A DNA stretch of 64,000 nt from Cyanophora paradoxa CCMP329 (taxonomy: Eukaryota; Plantae; Glaucophyta): positions 345,599 through 409,598 of the forward strand of contig QPMI01000058.1 in NCBI GenBank assembly GCA_004431415.1, in the 5' to 3' direction. Below are positions 22,174 to 33,664 of the stretch, piece by piece. The translations under genes were made by a program, and so were the position numbers. The notes beneath the pieces were generated by a model. It was not told the DNA's origin. It did no database searches and saw only the letters and a program-made list of their open reading frames with translations. How positions within the stretch are numbered: position 1 is the stretch's first letter; each line of letters opens with the position of its first letter.

Positions 22174-23339
22174 GAGGCCGCACCAGAGCGCTCTTGGGAC
22201 ACGAAGTGCTTCAATGTACTCATCATTATCGCCTAGATAGAGCTAAACGCTTTTCCTCTGGTTGCTTCAATGTTCTCATCATTTCGCCTAAAATTAACCT
22301 AAACGTGCTTCCTCTGTTAGCTTCATCGTACTCATCTATATCGCCTAGACTATTCTGATCCGTTTCTCTGCAGACCGCGCTCATGGGGGCAGCGCTCCTC
22401 TTCGTCTATTCTTCTTCACAGCACTGTCCTAAATAGACATGAGCTATTGCTAGGCTCTGACCTAGGGAATCGGATTGTAGACGTTGCTGGATCGGTGGGG
22501 TAGACGTATATGGTGAAATTACTAATGAAACGCTGGAGGTATACACTTGAAACGCATGGAATCGGCGGCTATGGAGCGAAGCGAAATTGCCCGGGTGTGA
22601 GGTCCATGCGTATACAACAATCGACACATCTCCAGAGGCCACAGCAGACCGCTCCCGTCCTTACGTGCGGCTATAGCTTAACGCTTTTTCCTCGTTTAGC
22701 TTCTCTGTACACATCAATTACATCTAGCTAGAGCTTAACACGTTTCCTCGTTTAGCTTCTCTGTACTCATTAATATCGTCTAGACTATTCTGATCCGTTT
22801 CTCTGCAGACCGCGCTCATAGGGGGCAGCGCTCCTCTGCGTCTCTTCTTTTTGTCAGCTCTGCCCTGAATAGTCGTTAGATATTGCTAGGCTCTGACCTA
22901 GGGAATCGGATAGTAGACGTTGCTGGATCGGTGGGGTAGACGTATATGGTGAAATTACTAATGAATCGCTGGAGGTATACACTTGAAACGCATGGAATCG
23001 TCGGCTATGGAGCGAAGCGAAATTGCCCGGGTGTGAGGTCCATGCGTATACAACAATCGACACATCTCCAGAGGCCACAGCAGACCGCTCTGGGGGCAGC
23101 GCTCCTCTTCGCCTATTCTTGTTGTCTCCTCTGCCTTGTATAGTCGTCAGATATTGCTAGGCTTCGACCTAGGGAATCGGATAGTAGACGTAACAAGAGA
23201 GCGGGGTAGACGTAACGAGAGAGCGGGGTTGGAGTGATAGCGGGGTGGACGCTAGGGCTGGTGCAGCGAGAGAGGTGGTGATGGGATGGGGGTGGCGGAG
23301 AGGGGTGGGCCACCGCGGTGGGCTCTCTCTCGTTTTTTT
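22174..23339. repeat. Right terminal inverted repeat of element B (~1.17 kb) with iterons and an internal ~310-bp direct duplication
   Basis: First 78 bp are inverted relative to 1209-1286. 22346-22654 is repeated at 22781-23090. Ends in CCACCGCGGTGG palindrome, CTCTCTCTCG, T7. The full extent as a TIR is inferred. Confidence 0.75.
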
Positions 23340-26300
23340 ATCTCGCGCCGACATCGAACACGTTAAGTACATCCTCGAAAACCCGGACGCGCCCGAGCCC
23401 AGCGGCAGCCCAGAGCATGTGAAGCGGGTGAAGAATTGGCGCGAGTTCATGAGGGGGAAGTACACGCTGCGCGAGGTTCCAGATCCGACAGACAACCTGA
23501 CAGCGGAGGAGCTCGCCATGCCCAACCCGCGGCCAAGGCGCAAGCTTCGGCTGGTGGTGGAGAAGCAGGTTGACAACCGCTTGAAGCGAGGAAATTCGGG
23601 CGACGCCCCCCACTGGGCAGGGAGCTGGTGTGTGACGAGGACATTTTCATCTGCATCCAGGTGCGATCGCGGTACAACGCAATTCTCTGCGCACGCGCAA
23701 CGCATCTTCAACGCAAGCGTTGGGTTGCTAGCGTTGGACATTCTCAACACATGCGTTGACCATGCGTTGAACAGAATACATTTTAATTTTTATGTCCACT
23801 GCATTGCACTGTTTGTGACGCGGTCATGATCGTGCGCAGCGCGAACACCTTGAGAGCGGGCACAAAGGTGGCACCGGTGTATACAACAATGCGAAGCAAA
23901 GGTACGCGATTCCTCGCTACCTGGTCCGCATCTACGTCAAGATTTGGTGAGTTTTCTGTCCACCGACAAACCAATCGTGACTAAGACTCACCTGCGGTCG
24001 TGGGATGGGCTGCAGTCCAGTCTGCAAGCTCAAGAACAAGAGGAGGCAGCCCGACGGGATCCTCCATCCAATCAAGGTGATTGGTTTCTGGGATCGGGCA
24101 ATTGTCAACTTCTTTGAGATGCCCAAGGCATGGGGCCCCTGCCCCCGCATGGTGAGATGTTGTTATTGATGCGCCTGGCCGCGTGTTAAAATTTACCTGG
24201 GAGTTGCAGGAGTGGCTGCCGGGTGGAAGTGGAATGAGAGCTCAGGCGAGCTCGAGAGGGTCTGGTACTGGGAGCAAGCAGTGCACGTGTGCCGGTACGA
24301 GAAGAAAATCCCGGATCCCGAATTTCCGGGCTGCTACAAGACGGACTTTGTCACGGACGTCATTCCGCGATTCTGGGCATTTGTCCTGGCCATAAAGGTC
24401 AGTTTTCGGCACGGTCATGCGCAGATTTCTGCATCCGGTAACGAACAACGGCGAACGCAGGACCACTACACTCGTTTCCTCATCTTGGAGGCTTGCGAAT
24501 CAAAGTGCGCAGGCGAAGTTGCTGATCGTCTTCGCGAGAAATTTGCCTACTTCGGCGCATGCACAATCCTGTCCTGCGACAACGGATCGGAGTTCAAGAA
24601 TGATGTGAAATTCCCCGATATCTCTTGTAAACTTCAATATTAATTATGTTAACGGAGTATGGCAGATCATGAAGGTCCTTATGGCGGCCTACCCGAACTC
24701 GTCCATCGCCTACGGGAAACCGTACACTCCAGAGCACCAGGGCTCTGTGGAGCGTGCGAACAGGGACTCGAAGCCGACGCTCGCGGCTATTTGCTACGAA
24801 CGCCGGAACCAGAATGCGGAGGACTGGGCGAACTGGGCCCTAGCCATTCCCGATGTATTTAAAATCCTTTCCATACCCCATTTGAAAATTCCAAGTGCAC
24901 TGATCGATGCTGGATTCTCAGGCAATGGAGTCCCACAACAGCATGAAGTTCGCGAACGGCACAAGATGACACCCATCGAGGCCATGACCGGGCGCAGACC
25001 TTCACGAAGGCCTTTGGGAATTGAGCCACCGTCGGATCCGACAAGGCCGTACACCGAGAAGGACATTGAGGACCTCCTCGGAGTGCGCAACGGAATGTCT
25101 GCGCATCCCAACGCATGCGTTGGTAATTGTGTTGTCAGGTTGCAAACATGGAGGAAGTGAACAGAGTGTGCGATGACATGGCGAAGTACGAAGAAGATAT
25201 CGCCAACGCTCTTCTGCAGAGGGCGGAGAGCCCGCTCTTGAAGGATATCCCGGTGTTCTACGTAGTAAGTGCCGTCAATTCATTGCAAATTTTGTCGCAC
25301 TCTCATCCAACGCATTCTCAACGCATGCGTTGGACAGATCGATCAGTTTGTGCGTGCATTCGGGAATGTCCAGGCATGCGCACGGCTTGCCGTGTACAGA
25401 GACCAGATGAAGGCGTGCGCGGAGAAGCAGGGAGCAGGTCCTGTTATCTACAGTATCGGGATCGTGTGGCCGTCCTTGTCAAACAGCTCGGCATGCACGT
25501 CCTCCTACAAGCAAGGGTACCTGGGATCGTCACAGAAGTGGTGGACGTCCCGCATGGCCTCTACACGATCAGGACGATGGCGGGTTTCATTGACACTCCC
25601 ATTCAGGGAGCACAATTGATCAACATGAACCTCGTGGGCGGTACGTGCAGGGTAGTCCCATTTGCACGAATGTTGCACACTCATCAAAAAACTGGTGCAG
25701 GTATGCAGACAATCTGGAAGACAATTGAGGAGAACCGTGCGAACAACATAATGAACGGCACCGTTCCTCTCATGACAGCATTCAAGAGCTTCTGTGGCCA
25801 GGCCCCGGTCTCGACGTGGACCCGTGCAAGTGCAGGATGGCTGCCCTCAGCGTGTCGTGCGTTTTGCGGGCGCCGCCCCCGCACTTCTGCATCCGCGAGA
25901 GAGCGTGAGCTCGAAATATAAACTTAAATTCTAGCTCGATGTCATAACTGAAATTAAGGGACGGCACCTTCAGAAACAGCCAGGCTCGTGGGCATGTCTC
26001 CGGAGTGTACTCCCCCCCCGATCCCTCGATCGGCTCGTCCCACAGTAGCCGCACGACGTCCCGTGCCGTGTTGCAGTCCCCAGTGCCGCGCTTGCCATCC
26101 GTGTCCTCCTTCAGGTAGTTCGCGCCTGTCGCCGCCCTCTTCTTTGCTCGAGGTTCACCTGCAGAGGCGAGCACAGCTCCGACGGATGTCTGGACCTGCA
26201 AGCGCAACACCTCCACGAGCGAACTCAGCTGCGCCGAGTCCGACGAAGTCGCCGCCTGAACCGGCTGGGGCGCCGGCGCTGCAGCTGCGTGCTGCGCCTT

Positions 26301-26418
26301 GCCGCGCTTCATGAGCTTCACAAGTTCGGGGTCGGTGTTGCTGTCGCCGTCCTCGTGCGCTGGCTGCATGTCCCGCCGCACGACGTAGAAGAAACATCCG
26401 GGACTGAGCTTCGGCAGC
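23340..26418 (+). pseudogene. Virus-interrupted near-identical copy of 34142-37224 (Ginger/KRBA2-like integrase plus 3' part of the convergent gene)
   Basis: Direct sequence match, with differences mostly in homopolymer lengths. Confidence 0.9.
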
Positions 26419-27345
26419 CTCGGGGCCGGGGAGGGCGGAGGCGGCGAGCTCCTCGCGGAGGCGCGCCTCCTCCTGCAGCAGCTCCCGGTCCGTCTCCAGC
26501 TCCTCCACCTGGCCCCGCCCCCCGTCAGACCGCGGCCCGCCCCGCCCCGCCTGTCCCCTCGGGGTTCGGAGCGGGAGCCGAGCTCTAGAGCCGCTGGGCC
26601 GAACGAGGCTCGACCCGGGGGCGCCGAGCCTCGGCACTCGAATCCTCTGGCCTTGGGCGGCGCCCCGCCCCGCCCCGCCCGTGCCCGCCCGGCTCCTCCG
26701 GCCTCGGGTGACGCGCCTTGAGCTTGAGGGCCTCGAGCTCCTGGAGCAGCGCCTCGGCCTTCTCCTCCGCCAGCTCCTTCTCCACCGCCGCCCCTTCCGC
26801 CACCTGCGTCCAGCCCAACGCCTCAGCGCTCTGCTTCACGCGGTTTCCATTGCTTCGGAGAGGGGCCGCGGGGGGGGGGGAGGGGGGGGGGGGTTGCGCC
26901 TAGAGCGAGAAGCTACGCTTAGAGATGCGCGGCTGCCTCGCGGGCCCGACTCGAGAACTCGAGGAATCGTGAGCTTGCTAGCGGGGCGCACTCCTGGGCC
27001 TCGGCGAGGGCCCGGCGGGCCTCGGCGAGCTGAGCCTCGACGTCGCGCGCCGACGAGTCCCTCGCGCGCCGCTCCCCCGCCGCCGCCTCGAACCGCGCCG
27101 CCGCCTCTGCCCGATGCACGGGCACGTGGGCGGGGCGGGGTGGGGTTGGGTTGGGGAGGGTTTTTTTTGGGGGGGGGTTGGGGGGGGGAGAATCGCGAAC
27201 CCTGGAGGCGCCGTTCGAGCTCGGCGGTCTTCTCGCGCGCGGCCGCCGCCGCCGCCTCCGACTCTGCGCGCAAACGGGGCCGCGTGAGGGGCGGAGAGGG
27301 CAGCGGACGCGCGGGGATTCGAACCGGCGATCTGGACGGCGAACT
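26417..27345 (-). pseudogene. Duplicated internal fragment of the dynactin-like gene (copy of 42822-43760)
   Basis: Direct match including introns, e.g. the AAVEKELAEEKAEALLQELEALKLK exon. Confidence 0.9.
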
Positions 27346-27347
27346 GG

Positions 27348-27838
27348 ACGGAGGGGCGCGAGGGGCACGGGGTACTCGTCTGGAAGAAAGGGAAGGGGGC
27401 AGTACGGGCCTTGACGGGGGAGCCCGCGAGCTCGACGGCGTGTGCAGCATGTGCAGTATAAACGGCCTGCGCGACCCTCATGAGACATGGGAACGATGAT
27501 TTAGCGATGTCTTCTAATCGCCCTCTCCCGGCTGCTGAACCTTATAGGACCGTCTCATAAACCTAGCTCTCCCAGCTAAGAATTAGCTCGCGTCACATCC
27601 GAGTTAGCATCCTATTGTTAAGTTAGCCGGACGCGGCAACGCGGCGCTAAATCTCATTGGACGGGCTTAAAACTTAAGAGGGAGCTCGGGTTCTAGTCTG
27701 GCCAAGGCGTTTTGGCGCCAGAGCCTCTGGTACGTTGAGAACATCGATTCCGAGAGATCTCGCGAGCTAGATGTCATATACTAGTGTCTATGGAGGCGCT
27801 AGAGCATGCGCGGAGCCTGCGCGCGCGCTGTGCGGCGA
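27348..27838. repeat. ~490-bp direct repeat, copy 1 (copy 2 at 29996-30481)
   Basis: Near-identical sequence. Confidence 0.92.
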
Positions 27839-29995
27839 GCGCCGTTTCCATGGCGCGCGACGCGGCTGCGGCGACTTCGCCCCCCGTCGTTTCTCCCCCC
27901 GTGATTCGCCCCCCGTCTTCGTTCGCCCCGCTTGCGCAGTCGTCGCTGTACCCCCCCAGTCCGCAGCGAGCATACAGCGCCGAACATGGATGATCGACAA
28001 TGTATGTTCGCTGCAGCACGCGATTTTCAGGGCGGCTCGCTTCGCAGGCTACCGGCGCACTATCCTGCAAGCTTTCTAGCGCTAAACAAGCGGTCAGGCA
28101 GGCGCCTGAAGGCACCAAAGCGAATTTGATCTACGCTAGTGGAGGCACAGCATGCAGAAATCGAAAGCGACGGCGCCGCCGGGCGCGCGGCGCTAGCGCT
28201 GCGCATGCAGCCGCATCGCGCGCGCCTACCACTGCCCTACAACTGCCTTGAAAGGCATCTGACAGCAATCGAAAAACGAGCGCAAAGACTCAATCTCCGG
28301 GCTAACAGGCTAAACACTGCACAGCTACTGGAAACTGTGAAATCTGCGTATTGATATCGGACGAGTGCAGGCGCCTGCATGCGCAACGGCCATTGCTGCA
28401 CATGTAGGAGCAGTGCTGCTTCCTGTGGAACCTACTCAAAATCCAGTCGCTAGCTGACGCCAGCTAAGAAAGCGGCTACTGCTATAATGCCACCGTCTCC
28501 ATCTCCGTCGCCGTCATCGGCGCCGGCACTGGTGCCGTCGTTGCCGCCATTGCCCCACCGTCGCCCCACCGGACCGGCGCCGTCGCCGTTGCCGTCCCAT
28601 CGCCGTCGCCGTCGCCGTTCCGGTGCCGCCACCATCGCTGCCGCCGTCCGGCGCCATCGCCGTCCGACGGTCCCCTTGCAGGCGCCGTCGCTGGCGCCGT
28701 CGCCCCCCGCCGTCGCCCTCCCCCGCCGTCGCCTCCGCCGTCACCGTCGCCGACCTCCTCCTCGTCCTCGTCCTCCCCTCATCCGCCCGCATTACACGCC
28801 TCGTCCTACGTACGCATCAGCTTGGCAAGAAACGAGTAGGAGACGGCGGGGGTTACCGCGAATTGCTTCTGCTCTTGCGGGCCCTGCAAGGGTACGGCTT
28901 CACTCATCAGAGGGCGCGGAGGAGCAGGGGCACGTGGAAGGGGTACCGGAATTGGCTACTTGGATAGCACCCGCCCCCCTCTTTTGCGCGTCGAGCAGCA
29001 CATGTGCATGGAAACGAGGCGGCCGAGAGGCGCGCGACGTCGATCTGGGGCGCGGTGAGGGGGTACAGGATTGATGGGGGGTACGCGTGACCTTGGTGGT
29101 GATGGGCACGCGGAGCCTTCACCCAGGGCCTGCGCCGCGGATTCAAACCCGCGCTGCTCGGGAATCGGAGGGGCGGAGCGGACGCGTACGGAGGGCGGAG
29201 TACGAGGACGATGCAGCGTCAGGCTTCCAAGCCCTGTGAGCGTTCAGCAGGTGGCAGAGGCAGGGCGGGGTGCGGGTACGGACGGCGGGGCGCTCGAAGA
29301 GGGAGACGCGAGGAGAGGAGGCCGGGGCGGCGCGGGGCGGCGGCGCGGGGCGCGGGGCTGCTCGCGCTACGAGAGGAGAGAAGGGGCCGGCGGCGGCGCG
29401 GGGCGGCGGCGCGCGGCCGGGTGCGGGCGCTCGAGCGGCCTCGCGGTGGCACCGGCGGCGGACACGGGGCGCTGCTGGCGGCCCTCGAGCGGGCTGCGCG
29501 CCACCTCGCCGCCCTCGACGGCTTCGGCCTAGTGCGGCCTCTCGCCGCCTACGCCCGCGGCCTCCTCCAGTTCGCTGCACGCCTCGAAGCACTCCTCCGC
29601 CCGCCCCAGCAGCCGCCCCGCCTCCGTTTCCGCCTCCCGCGGCCGGCACGCGGGCGGCGGCGGCGGCGGGGCGCCTCCCTTGGGCGAGGGCGTCGAGGCG
29701 CCGCCGGAGGGGAGCAGGGGTCGCCCAAGCTCGCCGCCGACCCCGGCGCCAGCCGCTCCCGCACCACGTACAGCGCCGCAACCGGGCGGGGCGGGCAGCG
29801 GCGCGGGCGGGGGCCGCTCGCCCTCGAAGAGGGAGACTCGAAGAGGTAGACGAGAGGAGAGGAGGCCGGGCAAGAGGAGGCCGGGCAAGAGGAGGCCGGG
29901 CAAGAGGAAGGAGACGGAGGTGGAGACGGAGGTGGTGGGGAGGTGGAGACGGAGGTGGTGGGGGCGCCGGGGTGGTGCAGGCCGGGGAAGAGGAT

Positions 29996-30481
29996 ACGGA
30001 GGGGCGCGAGGGCACGGGGTACTCGTCTGGAAGAAAGGGAAGGGGCAGTACGGGCCTTGACGGGGAGCCCGCGAGCTCGACGGCGTGTGCAGCATGTGCA
30101 GTATAAACGGCCTGCGCGACCCTCATGAGACATGGGAACGATGATTTAGCGATGTCTTCTAATCGCCCTCTCCGGCTGCTGAACCTTATAGGACCGTCTC
30201 ATAAACCTAGCTCTCCCAGCTAAGAATTAGCTCGCGTCACATCCGAGTTAGCATCCTATTGTTAAGTTAGCCGGACGCGGCAACGCGGCGCTAAATCTCA
30301 TTGGACGGGCTTAAAACTTAAGAGGGAGCTCGGTTCTAGTCTGGCCAAGGCGTTTTGGCGCCAGAGCCTCTGGTACGTTGAGAACATCGATTCCGAGAGA
30401 TCTTGCGAGCTAGATGTCATATACTAGTGTCTATGGAGGCGCTAGAGCATGCGCGGAGCCTGCGCGCGCGCTGTGCGGCGA
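29996..30481. repeat. ~490-bp direct repeat, copy 2
   Basis: Near-identical to 27348-27838. Confidence 0.92.
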
Positions 30482-33420
30482 AGGCCTACGTACATTCACA
30501 ATTGAGAATCGGTGTTGCCTTTCCGCCGAGCTCGAGGACACGTGCAGGGCTTGCGGGTGGGACATGAGCGCCCAGGCGGGGGAGGGGGTACGGAAGAGCA
30601 GGGGGTACCCTCGGCCCTCTCTTTTCTTCTGCGCGCCGCGGCGCTGCTGCCGGCCGGCGAGCTCGAGGCCGGGTACGCATCTGCAGCGAGAGCGGAGGCG
30701 CGATCAGGTCGAGGCCGCGGGCGCGGCGCGGCAGAACGAGCGGCGCGCGGCGGCGGACCCCGCAGAGGCTAGCGGAGACCAAGTCTCGCACGGCGTGGAA
30801 GAGGGATGGGCCGGGTACGCATCTGCAGCGAGAGCGGAGGCGCGATCAGGTCGAGGCCGCGGGGGCGCCCCAAGGGCCGGCCCCGCCGCCTGCCCGGCAG
30901 CCGCGCACCTGCTGCGGGCCCCCTAGGGCCGGCCCCGCCGCCTGCCCGGATCGCCGCCGGCTGGCGCCGCCAGCGCCGCCGCGACGCGGCGCACCTGCGC
31001 CGCCGCAGCGCGTGAGCCCTGCCCCGCCCAAGCCCGCCCGCCGGCCCCGCGGCGCGGCAGGACGAGGCGGTGCGCGGCGGCGCACGGCGCGCACGTGAGC
31101 GCCCAGGCGGAGGTACGGAAGAGCAGCGGGGGGGGGGAGGGGGGGGGGCTCGATGGGCGCCGGAGACTCCCTTCTCTTCAGGTCGCTGGCGCCGCCCTCA
31201 TCTGCAGATCTAGAGAGGTTAGAGCCGATCAAAGAGATCGTCTGCGCAGAGAACGCCGTCATTTACACACGTGCCTTATCCATCTTGGAGGCAGGGCGTT
31301 CTTCAGATTCTTGAGTCTTGAGCGTGGATCTCTCCTCGCCTTCCGATTGCGCAGCTCAGTCTGACGCAAACTAGCAATCAGTATGCAGAATGAACGCAAG
31401 GGCAGATTCGACAGGGACGCACGCGGCTCTGGAAAGCGGCGTCTGCTTCTTGCGATCGTCCACCAGGAACCTGCTGCACACCAGCGAGGCACGTAAGGTC
31501 GGCAAAGATCACCTATAAAGTGCGCTGCCCGCACCCACGAGGCGCCGTGGCTGCGCCACGGTGTTGCAAGGATTCGGTTCCCGACGGCGCAGTTCCCGAC
31601 GACAGCGGCAAACAGCCGCTTGCTTCTCGTCAAATTCGAAGCCTTTTGCTGTCATAACTGCCGCTTCTGCTTCGCCTTCGCCTTCTGCTTCGCCGATGCC
31701 CGGACATTCGGGCCTTCTGCCGCTCCGGGGATCCCGTCGGCGCCGCCGCGGCCATCACTGAATGTCTCAAAAGAGCAGTGGCCGCCATCGCGGCCCGGGC
31801 GCCGAGGCCTGACTCTACTATGCACGCCGTTCTGCCGTCGCGGCCTCAAACAAGCTACAGGGGCTCGTATTGCTGCTGCTACTGCTGCTGCAGGCGCACG
31901 CGCCTGCGCAGCCGCGGCGGCTTTGCTTCGCTCGGGGCATCGCCGGACGTCGTACCCGTCCCTCAAGACTTGACCGCGGCGAAGGTCGACGTCGGGCACG
32001 CTGGCTAGGCAGCTCCGGGGGCGTATTTAGAAGACCCAGAGCATTCGTTGACCGGGAGCTGTTGTGCGCACGCCTGCCCGCTTCATGGAGCCTCGGAGGC
32101 CCAGTGCTGCACATGCGCATCCGATGATCGTCGCCCAGGGCGACGCCACGTGTCGCCGCGGCGGCCCCGCCCCTTACACGTCTATTTAATGTATGCGCGC
32201 CCCGTCCGAACCTCAGTAGCGCAGAAAGAGCCCCCGCCGAGTCGCGCGACACTTCAGCAGTGCAGATTGACACAGAAAAAGGCAGACGCCACCAGATACA
32301 GACTACGGGGCGAGAAACCGCGCAGGCGCCTGGTCTCCGTTACACTCTTGAGTGCCTCGATGCGGTCCTGCGCGCGACTGGGCGTCATGCCGAGCCAAAC
32401 CGTGCTCTGGGCAAGGGCCCTGGTGCACCTTCACTTTCCACGCCTGCCTGTCGCCGGGAGGCTTGCGCGGACGCATCTGCGCATAAGGAGATACGAATTA
32501 GGTATGATAAGAACCGCAGCGACAACGAACGCGGCCGGGAGAGGTCGCTGCGGCGTGCGGGGCTCGGAGGGCGCATCCTGTCTCTGCGCGCCGCGCGAGC
32601 CCGGACGGCGGCGGCCGCGAGAATGCGCGGGCCAAGCGGCAGCCTGAACATCATAGAGTCATTTGCCACACGCTCCCGCACCCGCTCTTCGTCCAGCCCT
32701 GCGTGAAGACGTCAGTGCGGACCTGGAACGGCCGCGGCGGTCGCCCGGCACTGCGCGGCGAGCGGGAAGCACCCGACCGTCGCACGAAGCAAAACGGTCA
32801 TCTGAGTTGCGCGACAGGCGTCAAGGGCTGCGGGGCTGCAGGAATCCACGCGAAAGCACAAGTCGGACCGAGAGCGCATCCAAAGTTCCTCCGGCGGGCG
32901 CAGCTGGGAAGGTACGATATGCAGAGCATCATAGCTAACACCTGTGAGTCCTTTGAAGCCAGCTAGACTGCTGCGGCGAGCTGATCGGCCAATTCGTGCG
33001 GGGCGAGCTCAGCACCGCAGGCCGGGCGGCGCTCGAGCGCTCTGAGCACTGCTCTTGCGCTGCAGCATGCGTGGAAGAGCGCGGAGCAGCTGCCGCTGCC
33101 AGCTTCGGCCGCTGCTGTTTCTGTTTTGGTGCGTACCCGGGCAGCCCGCGCTGTACCGTAGACTGAGCCAATGGGAGCGCGGCGACTTAACGAACCGACC
33201 GCCGAGTTACGGGCACCCCCCACCCGTCGGTTAACGTGCCATTGAGAACAATGGGTGATAAATTCTGAATTCAAGGTTTTTAGCGGCTCAAATGAAGCCC
33301 GTCAGGAAAGTGAGCAGGCGGTGTTTTCGGGTTAATTTCTCGACCCTCGAGCCTAAGAATGCATTCTTAAGATAACTAGACGAAACTAACTGCCAAAACA
33401 TAGGTAAATGAGACGGTCCA
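30191..33420. mobile_element. Candidate non-autonomous TIR DNA transposon (~3.2 kb)
   Basis: GGACCGTCTCATAAACCTA (30191-30209) vs reverse complement of 33401-33419 (17/19 match). TTATA flanks at 30186-30190 and 33421-33425. No transposase seen. Confidence 0.5.
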
Positions 33421-33664
33421 TTATAGCCTACCGCCGGGCTACCGGTATAGGACCGCACTGGCGGGAAGCGGTCGGGGAGCCGCGCGCGCGCACCGAGCCC
33501 GAAGGCGCGGCCCTAGGCACATCAGCAATGAGGTGGTGGGAGCATCCAGATGTCAGAGACCTTCCAACAAGTTCGAATGCAGGTGTCCACCCGCAGAGAA
33601 TCTGTCCGGGCTCTGCGGCAATAACTTCCTGTGCAAGACTCTGTTTCCTAACATTCGCATCGAC

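Larger units (their letters stand above)
1209..23339. mobile_element. Endogenous Maverick/Polinton-like virus (element B), ~22 kb
   Basis: pPolB, rve integrase, A32-like ATPase, MCP and penton-like genes, dense and intronless, GC lower than the flanks. Perfect 78-bp inverted repeat 1209-1286 / 22174-22251. Sharp right junction into sequence that is uninterrupted at 34141. Confidence 0.93.

Noticed and set aside
22200-23190. TIR iterons as a CRISPR-like array, and the small ORFs within them
   Set aside because: The intervening sequences are themselves duplicated rather than unique. The ORFs are short by-products of the duplication.
28487-28810. Pro-rich ORF as a real gene
   Set aside because: Low-complexity CCGTCG repeats with no domain evidence.
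27348-30481. LTR retrotransposon bounded by the 490-bp direct repeats
   Set aside because: No TG..CA ends, PBS/PPT or gag/pol. The repeat is better explained as part of the chimeric duplication.
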